Shown piece by piece: positions 12,138 to 24,050 of a DNA stretch of 52,070 nt; the first letter of the stretch is position 1, and the number at the start of each line of letters is the position of its first letter. The stretch is from Octopus bimaculoides (Eukaryota): contig NC_068987.1 of the NCBI RefSeq assembly GCF_001194135.2, positions 41,720,163 through 41,772,232 on the forward strand. Reading direction: 5' to 3'. The notes beneath the pieces are model-generated. The model was not told the origin of the DNA and did no database searches. It saw only the letters and a list, made by a program, of their open reading frames with translations. The position numbers and the translations under genes are program-made.

Positions 12138-12284
12138 CTCTTCTCTGGTAGAAATAACACGGAGTTTGACAACACCCTGCTCAATTTCAGATTCTCCAAT
12201 AATAATGGCCAAAGGAATACCACTGTTTTCACAATACTGGAATTGGTCCAACAATTTTGGAGACTTTTTGTAGGAATGCTCAGT
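12138..12284 (-). CDS. HARS: HARS exon (TEHSYKKSPKLLDQFQYCENSGIPLAIIIGESEIEQGVVKLRVISTREE)
   Basis: YKKxPKLLxQxQYCE..GIP..IIGExE motif. ttacAG acceptor, GTAAGC donor, 147 bp. Confidence 0.97.
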
Positions 12285-12796
12285 CTGTAATGAAGAACAG
12301 GAAACAACAATAAGGTATTTTGTATGTTTGTTATAGGCAAACTGCAAGTTTTACAGGCAGTTGACACTATGCAATTCATTTTATCACCATTACCTTGTGT
12401 GGCAGGTGGTTCTGAAAGGCAGAGTTATCTCAAGCAGTTGTTGAACTTAGAATGTAAAGAGAGATAAAATTAAACATTGTGGAAAATTTAATTTGGTGAG
12501 TTCCCATTTCAGCTATTCTGCTACCAAAATTTAAATAATAATAATTTCTAGCACTGGCCACAAATAATGGGAGAAATAGTCAATACTTAAGCATACCTTC
12601 TTTTATTGGTACTAGAAATGCGATAGACAAAATGAATCTTGGTAAAATTTGAACTCACATTGTAAAAGTTCATAAAACATTTTGTCTGCCACTTTACAAC
12701 TTTCTGATAATTACAAAAAGGATGATTTGAAGACAACATATATCAATTAATAGTCAATAATCACAGTAAATCAAAATAGATGAGAATATCTCTTTA

Positions 12797-13215
12797 AATT
12801 GTTGTCGTTTAAAGTCTGCTTTCTATGCTGGCATGGGTAGAATGGTTTGACAAGAATCAGCCAGGCAGAAGCCCACACCAGACATCTGTAGCTGTTTTGA
12901 CAGGATTTTTATAGCTGGATGCCCTTTCTAACACCAACCATTCAGCAGAGTGGACTTAGCACTTTTTACATGGCACAAGCACAAGCGAGGTCAGTTTGGG
13001 CAAGGTTTTTACAGCTGGTTGCCTTTCCAAATGCCATCCACTTTACAATGTGGACTGGGTGCCTTTAAGTGGCGCCTGCACTGACAGGGCCACCAAGTAC
13101 TTGCAAGGCATAACAAAAAGTGGGGAGGGAAAACTCTTTTGAGAGGGGAGGGGACACTGATTTTCTGCTGGATGATGAAAGGTTATAGTGAGGCAGAGAG
13201 ACAGAAACAGGTGTT

Positions 13216-13299
<84 letters not shown>

Positions 13300-15065
13300 A
13301 GGAATGAAAACAGAAACAGTTGTGCTATTGAGACAGGTTGGGAGCTAGCAGAGAGCAATAATACAGTGGCACAGGGCCCAGAGGACAGGATTGGGGAGGT
13401 GGGGAGTAAGCTTAGTACATGAAGTGGAAATGTGGGGAAGAGAAGGGATGTAGTTTGGTTTGTTGTGGTAGAGTGAGTGAGAAATTTTAAGTGTGGGTGG
13501 GACACAGCGCTTCTAGAACTCAGTTTCACTGATGTGGGCAGGTCTTCTCAAAAACTTCGTATCACCAGACATCTTGGTCCATTGTCGTTTCCTTCATGAG
13601 GTCCAATATCCTAAGATCAGTCCTTACCATTTCATCCCACATCTTCCTGGGTCTCCCTCTTCCGTGGGTACCATCTACTTTCAATGATCGGCACTTTTTT
13701 ATATAGCTGTCCTCATTCATACGCATCACATGTCAAAACTAATATAATCTTCTCCTTTGCATGCTACATTTGATTCCCCTTAATGCCCAACTTTTCTCTT
13801 AATACATTTACACTTTCTTGTACATGGGCACTGATGTTGCACATCCAATGGAGATTACTACCTTCATTTCTCTCCAATCTATGCATGTCTTCTGCATTCA
13901 GAGCTCATGTCTCACTACCATGGAGTATAGCAGTTCACACACAAGCATCATATAGTCTACCTTACGGTCTGAGAGTGAGTCCTTTTGTTACCAACAGAGG
14001 TAATAGCTCTCTGAACTTTCCCCCACCCAATTCTTATTCTAGAAACAATACTTTCAGAACACCCTCCACCATTACTAGTTTGGTCACCTAGCTAACAGAG
14101 GCTATCTACAATCTGAAGAGAGCCTCCTGGGCATTTGAGAGAATCTAAGTCCTGTGTGCTCTTAGTGCTTATTGTTCCTGCCCATCTGCCACATACAAAG
14201 ATTCCATTGCACCTTTTATGTGTCCATAGTTTACACTGGGTGCAGTGAATGGAATTTCTTCCAACTCCTTTCCTACATATTGAGCAGGGCCATTTACCTG
14301 TCGGAAAGAGAGCTTTATCTTCTTTCTTACTAACAACTTTGATCTTTGCTAGGTTAACACTAAGGCCCTTTGATTCCAGGTTTTGTTTCCATACCTGAAA
14401 TTTCTTCTCTAATTCTGCTAAAGATTCTGCAATAAGAGCAAGGTCATCAGTATATAGCAGTTCCCATGGGCACCCAGTTTTGAATTCCTCTGTTATGGCC
14501 TGGAGGACCATAATGAATAAGAAGTGAGCCTTGGTGAACCCCTACCTGTATGCTAAAATCATCACTGTACTTATGGCCTTACTGACAACACTACTGTACA
14601 CGGCTTGTACAGCTCTAATGAGCCACTCCTCTACTCCTAACTTCCTTAGAGACCACCATATTACAGAGTAGGGTGACGAAGGCTAAGTACAATGATTTAC
14701 TTTTGGCCAAGTACTGCAGCTGTCTCATTAGGAAGATGGCATCTGTGGTACTCTTCCCAGGTACAAGACCAAAATTGCATCTCATCTAGTTTAATTCTAT
14801 TTCTAATCAATTGAGTTATAGCTCTCTTAGTAACTTTCATGACTTCGTCTAGCAATTTAATGTCTCTGTAGTTGTTTCTATCTAAGGCATCATAGCAGCT
14901 AATTATAATACTACTACACCAGTCATTGGGGATGGTGCTTTTCTGAAAAATCTGATTAACTATATGGGTGGCTAAGCTGCATCCTACACCACTGGAAATT
15001 TTAATCTTCTTGGCAGTGATTCCTGACGGCTAAGGGGCTTTCCTTGTCTTCATGTCCTTAATGTT
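12797..15065 (-). mobile_element. 5'-truncated RTE LINE (RT, Cys-rich insert, GA-rich 3' UTR)
   Basis: ORF 14092-14511 PWELLYTDDLALIAES..WPCSICRK; C-terminus GRGRPRKMWDE at ~13640-13670; tail module at 12800-13050. Confidence 0.92.
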
Positions 15066-15904
15066 TAAAAGATTTAGAAATAGAAATTTCTTCAAGATGA
15101 GAAATATAATTGGTCTAATGAAGAAAAAAGATGGTACAAAGAAGAAAGTCACTATTTTAGACATGATGATGCAGTGAACTGTGTAACCACTGTTCTCTGT
15201 AACACAAATCCTATATAAAAATACTAACATTTCATAAACAAACTATAGATACTTAAGTTATAGACTGTCTTATTACAGAGAGGTAATATTTATCCCCACT
15301 TAGGTGGGGATAAACATTACCTCTTGGTATTAATTAATACTACCTCTGTTGCTAATATATATTATGTCTTATTACAATTTAACCATGACCAACAGAAGAG
15401 TTGTTAACATTAACAAATCAGACATTGTTAACAACTGAACAAATGAAATTTGACTATTATCATCTTGAATGAAAATTTTTGGAATCATTGCTTTTGCAAC
15501 TAAATATTAATAACATAACTATGATGGGGAGTGATGTCTAGTTTTGGTTGGTAGACAAAGTAAAAGAATGGTAATGCACCTGGACCAAAAGCACAACACA
15601 GTGACAAAATCAAACATCTCCACCTCCACATACAACACCAAAATCTGAGGCTCCACATCACTGCAAGAAATGATCCAACAAGAGGGTTCCTATGTGGTTC
15701 CACAGTCTATTAGAAACAACAACCAGACAGACATCAAACCACATCCTGCTACCTTTAAAAGAGGTTCCTGGCATAGTGTAGTCCAGAGTACACTATTGAT
15801 CAAAATATGATGGATTGATCATAGTTTGAGTGGCTTTGATCATAGGACTGCACAACCAGGGCTGGCCTGGGGCTAAATCACAGTAACATCATCATCATTC
15901 TTAC

Positions 15905-16021
15905 TTTGATTTTAGCATCCCAAAGTTCACAACAAATTTTCATCCGTTCCTCAAGTAAGTTCTTTTGAGCTGAAATAACATATACCTCTGTACTGGTCGT
16001 TCGAATCTTTGCATTATCACT
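15905..16021 (-). CDS. HARS: HARS exon ([39 protein letters not shown]), anticodon-binding domain
   Basis: IRTT..SAQKxLLEER..ELWDA pattern. atttcAG acceptor, GTAAGA donor, 117 bp. Confidence 0.96.
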
Positions 16022-17399
16022 CTGAAATAACAATACAGATATATCATTCACTTTAATACAATTATATTATAAAATTCACAAATCACTACAAAACTACATT
16101 GCCACAGGTCACAAGGGTTTTGGGAACTGGTGGTCAGCTTTTGATAAGATTAGGAAAATATGATACTCACTTAGAAATCATGCTGATCTATCGGTCTAAA
16201 CATTCCATTACCTATTTAATGCATGTTTTGGGTGATCTGCAGTGATGTATCATATCCTTTTTCAGAAGGAAGGTAAGGTATTAAACTACCAAACTCTACT
16301 AGTAAAACACACAAGTATTACAGAAACCAGTGATGCAAGAAAGGGTAGCAGGTTGTGTCACAGACTCTAAGAAAAAGTGCAAGGCTAAATTACAGAAACC
16401 AGTGATATAAGAAGGGGTGCCAGGGTGTGTGTACCTCAATGTATTTGATAGTAGATGAATTAGTGAAGCAAAGATACTTGTGTCTACAGCTTATCAAAAG
16501 CAATGTGTCCAGTTTTAAGTGTTCAACAACACCTTTGGTACATATTGACTCTCAGTCTTTGAATTGATAGTCCAATACCTTATATTCCAAACCATTTTAC
16601 ATCTACAAAAGTTATGTTCATTTGTGTTTTAATGATGCAAAACAGATTAATTAAAATAATAAAAACCCACAGCCATCTCTCACAAGCAAGTATGACTTGG
16701 TTAACATGTATCAGGCATTCACTTGATTGTTTTAAGTGCTTGAGTCAATTTTAAGAGTAAGAGAGGAACATTTATGCAGGGATTTAGTCAAATCTTTCTT
16801 AAATCATATTTTACTATCGTAAACAGAAGTAAGGATGCATTAATTAATGTAGTCCTAGATATACTGCAAAACAAGGCAAGATGGTCTAGCTGGAATGCTA
16901 AATAACAATACCAATACTAATGATAACATATTTAATGAAGGTGCTTTACAAAATCACTCAACATGCTAGAAATAGCAGCTGAATTTCCCTAAAAATCATC
17001 TTAAAGAAAAGGTGGTACACATTGGATAATGTAATTGTAGATATACTATATTTGGTAGAGTGGTCATGAGTGGAATGCTTTGGGATTTAGGCTTATTTGA
17101 ACAGAACTAACCAGGTGCTAATTGACAATAAAGTAAATTGTTTGACTTTTATGGGACAAAAAATACCAATTAAAATGCGAATAAGTTTATTGATTGAGGC
17201 AAACAGAAATGTGATTTTATAACATTGATGCCTTTCCCAAAGCATTAATAAGTGAAATAGCTACAATCAATAATTGAATATGTGTTACATACTTAGTAGT
17301 CTGACAGCAAGATAATAAATACTGTTGAAAGAGGGGCTATTTACTGTTGAAATTGAAATTATTTTTAGTAAAACATTCTGCTATGTCTCTAAATCTTAC

Positions 17400-17581
17400 C
17401 AAAACTTTAGCTTCCATAATGGCGAAAATGCGTTCTATTCCAATACTGACACCAACACAAGGTACTTCCTTGCCTTTTGGGTCGAACATTCCAACAAGGC
17501 CATCATATCGTCCTCCACCAGCAACACTGCCAACAGCAATGGATTCTGTTGAATCTCCAGAATCTGATTTACAGGTGTAAC
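17400..17581 (-). CDS. HARS: HARS exon ([60 protein letters not shown]), motif 3
   Basis: [12 protein letters not shown] and motif 3 GxGxERIF. tttctAG acceptor, GTAAGA donor, 182 bp, phase compatible. Confidence 0.97.
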
Positions 17582-17750
17582 CTAGAAAGTATGAAGGAAG
17601 ACAATACTACAAGTGTAATCATTATTTGTTCTTAAAATGAAAAAAAACAAGCCATATTTTTAATAGCAATGAATCAGCTCATTTTATTATTAAGGCACCA
17701 TAAATCATAAAACTGTGCTTGCTTGTTTCAAGTTAGTTAGGTACTCCACA

Positions 17751-17790
<40 letters not shown>

Positions 17791-17792
<2 letters not shown>

Positions 17793-17890
17793 CAAATGGG
17801 ATTTAAAATTAACAGCTGTTTCAGCATCATTTTACAGATGAGTTCTTAGATTACATCATGACAAAAATCTGCCATCTTCAGGTGATTTTA
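17791..17890 (-). mobile_element. Fragment related to the 2281-2541 fold-back arm, with a degenerate hammerhead core
   Basis: Minus strand CTGAAGA..GAAAcagctgt next to (TA)n; stem I pairing is lost. Confidence 0.45.
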
Positions 17891-18324
17891 AACAGAGTGG
17901 GTAGAAAATTTAAATTGACCAGCTCATGATGTTACATAGTGAAGCAAGTGAAGCTATTAAGAGTTGTAGAATTTCTAAAGGCTGCTTGTAAGATGCATAA
18001 GGGTTCAAAACCTATCATATTTCTCAAATCACTATCTTAATTAGTTTATGGTTCTATCTGGAGAATCAAGGAATACAATTATATAAGAGGAAAAATGAGA
18101 ATAAAATGAAAGAAACACCAGATAAAAGGTATGGTTATCGCCATTTATCCTACACCAGCATGCACATACATATATTTTATTACCTTTAGTAGATGCATTT
18201 GCACACACACATACTCATAAGTATACATCATATTTACATATACACATACAAATATATATATATATATATANNNNNNNNNNNNNNNNNNNNNNNNNNNNNN
18301 NNNNNNNNNNNNNNNNNNNNNNNN

Positions 18325-19443
18325 TATTCGGTAGCCATGATAAAACTCTGAGTTTTGAATGTCGGAGCGGAAACCCGCGCCACCATCTCTTCAGTTATCT
18401 GACCATCGAAAACATGCTGTGGAAATGACCGTTAAACAAAGGGAAATTACTGTGTGATTGACCGTTATTAAGACAAAAGAGCTATTAGAATGACCGCTAA
18501 GTGAGAGGAGGGATTAAAGGTAAGGGAGTAAAAATATCCATAGTATTTGTGGAAGCGCACCAGTCCATACATACACATGCGTGCCCGCACACCCACATAC
18601 ATGCTCCTATATGTATATACTCATCCACCCTCACTTGAAACACACGCATGCTCACCCACACATTCACCAAAAAATATATACATACCCGCATACACGCTCG
18701 CACACAAAAAAGGTTCATACACACATCTATATATGCACATGCACAAGAAAAAACAGAGCTAAACGCAAATTACAGAAAAAAGTGTGAAAAAGTGTAAAAA
18801 AGCAGTAAGAATAACACACGTCTATATATGCACATACTTGCATGCATGCACACATGCACATCTATATACGCATACCCACACATACGTACACATCCATAAA
18901 CATGCATGAAAGGTTCCACATACACATCTATATACGCACAGAAAAAATGCAGGGTGGAAGGTAAAATACAGAAAAAATATGTGTAAAAAATATATGAGCA
19001 ATAGACCTATAAAACAATATCTCTATAAATATGTAAAAAAAATATATAAGAAATAAAAGTAAAAAGTATAGAGATAAAAAGCTTATACATGGACACAATA
19101 TAGAAAGCAAGTCCTATCTGTAATCTTGGTGGGACCAAAAATGTAACAAATATTTAGCCACATGTGGACATGATCCGAAAAGTTCAGTTCTTGAATTTAG
19201 ACATGTGGCGGGGATTAAGCTGCTTTTCCAGATGAGCCACCTTTCCATATCACAGAGACCGCACTTTCCCCTGCTATTGTTGTAGGGCTTACACTTGGCG
19301 AGGATCTTCCAATGGATGTTGTAACTGACACCTCTATCTTTTAAGGACCATATATGACTGGATAATTTGGTCGTTTTCCTTTTATCCCAGTGCCTGAAGC
19401 TCAAGGTGTGATTATTGAACCTGGCCTTGAAATTACCCTCTGT
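18325..19443 (-). mobile_element. Penelope-like element 3' fragment (GIY-YIG C-terminal half plus pLTR)
   Basis: TEGNFKARFNNHTLSFRHWDKRKTTKLSSHIWSLK..CGLCDMER..LNSRTELFGSCPH is the PLE GIY-YIG pattern; followed by ~800 bp of UTR. Confidence 0.85.
18332..18405 (-). ncRNA. Hammerhead motif with core G12 changed to A (predicted inactive)
   Basis: tggtcagataa-CTGAAGA-stem II-AAAA-ctcagagTT-ttatcatggcta; GAAA is replaced by AAAA at 18356. Confidence 0.6.
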
Positions 19444-19445
19444 AA

Positions 19446-20444
19446 GCCAAGTGTAAGCCCTACACTAACAGCAGCAGAAAGTTCAGTCTTTGTGATATGG
19501 AAAGATGGCTCATCTGGAAAAGCAGCTTAGACCCTCACCACATGTCTAAATTCAAGAACTGAACTTTTCGGATCATGTCCACATGTGGCTAAATATTTGT
19601 TACGTTTTTGGTCCCCCCGAGATTACAGAGAGGACTTGCTTTCTATAATGTGTCCATGTACAAGCTTTTTATCTCTATACTTTTTACTTATATTTCTTAT
19701 ATATTTTTTATATTTTTTTATATATTTATAGAGATATTGTTTTATAGGTCTATTGCTCATATATTTTTTACACATATTTTTTCTGTATTCTATCTTCCAA
19801 CCTGCATTTTTCCTGTGCGTATATAGACGTGTATATGGAACCTTTCATGAGTGCTTATGGATGTGTACGTGTGTGTGGGTATGTGCGTATATAGACATGT
19901 GTGTGTGCGTGCATGCAAGTACGTGCATATATAGATGTGTTTTACTCATATCGCTTTTTTACACTCTTTTCACACTTTTTTCTGTAATTTGCGTTTAGCT
20001 CTGTTTTTTCTTGCGCATGTGAGTATATAGACGTGTGTATGAACCCTTTTTGTGAGTGTGTGTGTGTGTGCGAGCATGTATGCGGGTATGTATATATTTT
20101 TGGTGAATGTGTGGGTGAGCATGTGTGTGTTTCAAGTGAGGGCAGATGAGTATATACATATAGGCGCATGTATGTGGGTGTGCGGGCCCGCATGTGTGTG
20201 TATGGACTGGTGCGCTTCTACAAATACTATGGATATTTTTACTCCCTTACCTTTAATCCCTCCCCTCACTTAGTGGTCATTCTAATAGCTCTTTTGTCTT
20301 AATAACGGTCAATCACACAGTAATTTCCCTTTGTTTAATGGCCATTGCCATAGCATTTTTTCGATGGCCAGATAACTGAAGAGATGATGGTGTGGGTTTC
20401 CGCCCTGACATCCGAAACTCAGAGTTTTATCATGGCTACTAAAT
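19446..20444 (+). mobile_element. Second Penelope-like copy, inverted relative to the first
   Basis: Reverse complement of ~18325-19298 with scattered substitutions and indels. Confidence 0.88.
20365..20438 (+). ncRNA. Type I hammerhead ribozyme, intact core
   Basis: Stem I tggccagataa / ttatc(a)tggcta gives 11 bp with one bulge. CTGAAGA at 20376-20382, stem II capped by gtgg-gttt-ccgc, GAAA at 20414-20417, near-palindromic stem III ACTCAGAGT, GUU triplet. Confidence 0.7.
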
Positions 20445-20734
20445 AATTGTCATATATTATTTACAGATAAATTCCTCTGTTTACATAATATCGAGGTCTC
20501 TTTCTTTCTTTTGTTGTCTTACCTTTTCTATCAATATATATATATATATATGCACACACACACACATATATACCCACACATTATACCCATTTACCACATA
20601 TATACATGCATACATACACACACACATGTATATACAAACACACATCTGCACTTACATATAATTAATGTTTATAAAAAACAATCAGTGTATATGTGAGTGT
20701 TTATTTTATGTGCATCTGTGCAGACACATACATA

Positions 20735-21260
20735 CAAGGGTGGACGGAAAAGTTCATAAGCTGTCTATGAAGGAGTGTGGCTAGAACTGTGAAATCTTGC
20801 ACGCCTTAATTTCAACTTATTTTATTAACAACTGGTAACTAGTAGTGACTTCTCTTGAAAACTGACAAAATTTGGCATCATGCTGTTATCAAGTACCAGC
20901 AGAAAAAGGGCTTAGCCCCCAAGGACATTCATGCGGATATGGTTGCTACATTAGGGGATGATGCACTGCAAAAGTGGGCAGCTGAATTTAGGAGAGGAAG
21001 AGAGAGAGTTTTGAAGACAACTCAAGTGCTGGATATCCTGCAACTGCCACCACCAAGGAAAACATTGATCACATTCACTATATGGTGATGGATGACAAGT
21101 GACTGATTATAAATCAAATTACCAATGCTATTTGCATATCCTGTGAGACAGTAGAGAATGTTCTGCAAATTGAACTTGGCATGATGAAGGTTTCTGCTCA
21201 GTGGGTGTCATGTCTTCTGACACCTGATCAAAAGTGCACCAGGCTGATCACATTCCATGA
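20735..21260 (+). mobile_element. Mariner remnant (left TIR plus transposase N-terminal HTH)
   Basis: TA|caagggtggacggaaaagttc TIR; HAVIKY..KWAAEFRRGR and KVSAQWVSCLLTPDQK (degenerate WVPRxL motif). Confidence 0.85.
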
Positions 21261-21895
21261 GAGTATCTTAGCCTATGAACTCTTCAGCTGACCTTTGTAT
21301 GCACATATCCTCACAAATTCAAAATTACCTGGTCTATCGTTAATAGTGCACAACCACACAAGAATGGAAGCTTCAAATCAAAGATGCAATGTGACTTTTG
21401 TTTGAGCAAAAAATTGAGATGTTAAATTAATAAGTTTTCTTAATATATGTTTTGATATGTGTGTGTATATGTATATATGCATATGTGTATACATACATGA
21501 ATAAATAATTCTATGTATATATATATATGTGTGTATGAGTGTACATGTGTATATGTATGCACCTGCACAGGTCAATCACATTAATGTATTATTTAAAATC
21601 AATGCATTTTCATGATGACACTTGTATGGAGTTTAAGACATTTATAATAATGCTACCAAGTCAATCAGAAATGAAATTTTAAAAAGTGTGAGCTTGAAGC
21701 AGCCATTTTTGCACATGTCATTCACAAAGGTTTTAAACAGAACATAAGAACAAGTATTTTCCTCAAACTTTCATTTCATATTTCAAAAAGTATTCAGACA
21801 GTGGATATTTCAAAGGCTTGATTTACCAGCTGATGATTGGAGTACTGGAAATAGGAGCTTTTCAGTTATAGAGAGAGAGAAAGAGAGAGAGAGAC

Positions 21896-21958
<63 letters not shown>

Positions 21959-22238
21959 NNNNNNNNNNNNNNNNNNNNNNNNNNNNNNNNNNNNNNNNNN
22001 NNNNNNNNNNNNNNNNNNNNNNNNNNNNNNNNNNNNNNNNNNNNNNNNNNNNNNNNNNNNNNNNNNNNNNNNNNNNNNNNNNNNNNNNNNNNNNNNNNNN
22101 NNNNNNNNNNNNNNNNNNNNNNNNNNNNNNNNNNNNNNNNNNNNNNNNNNNNNNNNNNNNNNNNNNNNNNNNNNNNNNNNNNNNNNNNNNNNNNNNNNNN
22201 NNNNNNNNNNNNNNNNNNNNNNNNNNNNNNNNNNNNNN

Positions 22239-22278
<40 letters not shown>

Positions 22279-22683
22279 GTGCGCGCGAGCGCGTGCGCAC
22301 ACACAGAGAAAAGTAAGTAAGTAAATGGGTCTCTGATAGTTTCAATGACAAACTTTCAGTTGTTTGATCACATGGCCTATACCCACAGTTTTCATTTACC
22401 CTAATTTCAAACACAAGGTTCAAAGCAACCTGAGGCAAAGGTAACCAACAGTTGACTCAGATGCCATAGAATGGGATGAAACCCAGGATCATGTGATTGC
22501 AAAGCAAACTTGTTGACCATGCAGTGTGTGTAAGTATATGAGTGCATTCAAAACATGCGTGTGTATATGTGCATTTATATAGGAGTGTGTGCATACAAAA
22601 CCAACTAAAAGTTAATAATGATCTTCAGTTCATTATTTGTTCCCTTCTTGTATAAACGTCCATTTACCTTAGAACACCCTTAC

Positions 22684-22756
22684 CTTTGAGAATACCTTCA
22701 TATATCAATCCAGTGTAATAATCTAGTCCTCTTGCGAGGCTCAGATCAAAAGACAC
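22684..22756 (-). CDS. HARS: HARS exon ([25 protein letters not shown]), histidine-binding RGLDYY motif
   Basis: Diagnostic His[12 protein letters not shown]. ctcttcAG acceptor, G|GTAAGG donor, 73 bp. Confidence 0.97.
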
Positions 22757-23689
22757 CTGAAGAGAGAAAAGAAATATTTAGACTTCATAAAGTTGCAATG
22801 CTTATTGTGAAATATTCATTTCTGATAGAGAAGTCACAGGATTGTAAAAAAAAAGTAATCCCAGTATATGACTGGTACCCATATCTGCTAAATGACCCTT
22901 GAGGGCTGAAAAACAAAGTGAAAACCCGATGGAATTTGATCTCAGAACACAACCACTCTAACTAAACATTGTAAGAAATTTGGTCAGGCACTACTAATTT
23001 TTGTTCCATTTCTATGCCTTGATCCGAGCGTAGGACGGGGCTCACCTCTTTCAGCTGGGAAATGGATGGAATGCCTAGTGTGTGTCTTGTTATGGCTACA
23101 CACTCCTAAAAAAAAAAATGGGGAATAGGCCTGGATATATGATATGATGATGGCTACTAATTCAACTGTGTTTGATATAATATAAGTGTTTCTGACATAA
23201 TATAAGTATGTCTGATATAATAGCATATCTGATATAATATTTAGCATATCACATTTACTGAGTGAATATTTTATACAAAGTATATAAAATATATGTAGGA
23301 TTGTGTAAATTTGTTGTATAAAGTAGATTTAAATTTGTTATAATGATAGTTTGTTTGTACATGCATTAAGTTCATCTGCCATCAAATTACCTTAAAGCAC
23401 ACACAACCTAGTACTTCTAGCACCTCTTCTCATACCTCTTCTTACATCCCTTCTTGCATCACATATTTCTGTTAGACTGGTTTGGTTTACTGAAGAGCCA
23501 AAGAGACAACCCCTACATAGTTACCCAACCTACAAGAAATAGCAGCCAAATCTCCCTCAAATCAGATGTTCCATCTTGGACACAATGGATAATGGGGTAC
23601 ACAATGCTGTAAAACAGATGTAATGATTATGGTTGGATATCAGCTCAATTATGACTGGCCTGGGGCTAAATAACAACAAGAGGAGGCAT

Positions 23690-24050
23690 TGTGGTCAATG
23701 CTGATGTCGTATAACTAGCACCCATGCTGGTGGTACGTAAAAAGTACCTTTCGAACACTGGGCCTCATGGAAGCAATGACAAATGATGTGCTTGAGAAGA
23801 AGACCCATCAGGCCAAATGAAATCGTATTCACAGCTGATATTGGTGTCATGCAAACTGACACCCATGCCAGTGGCACATAAAAGTATCCATTACACTCTC
23901 AGAGTGGTTGGCATTAGGAAGGGCATCTATCCATAGAAATCATGCCAAATCAGACTAGACTCTGGTGCAGCCCCTCAGCTTACCAGCCCTAACCAAACCG
24001 TTCAACCCATACAGGCATGGACAACGGACGTTAAATGATAATGATGATGA
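23690..24050 (+). mobile_element. RTE LINE 3' UTR/tail fragment
   Basis: Same modular UTR and ggacgttaaatgataatgatgatg tail as the other copies. Confidence 0.75.

Noticed and set aside
12021-12379. Listed ORFs as stand-alone genes
   Set aside because: Only 12138-12284 is HARS exon; the rest is intronic read-through.
16318-16435. ~45-bp direct repeat at ~72-bp spacing; also a 21-bp tandem at ~24380-24422
   Set aside because: Ordinary small local duplications with no link to splice signals.
17325-17580. Plus-strand ORFs as an antisense gene
   Set aside because: Shadow frames of the HARS motif-3 exon.
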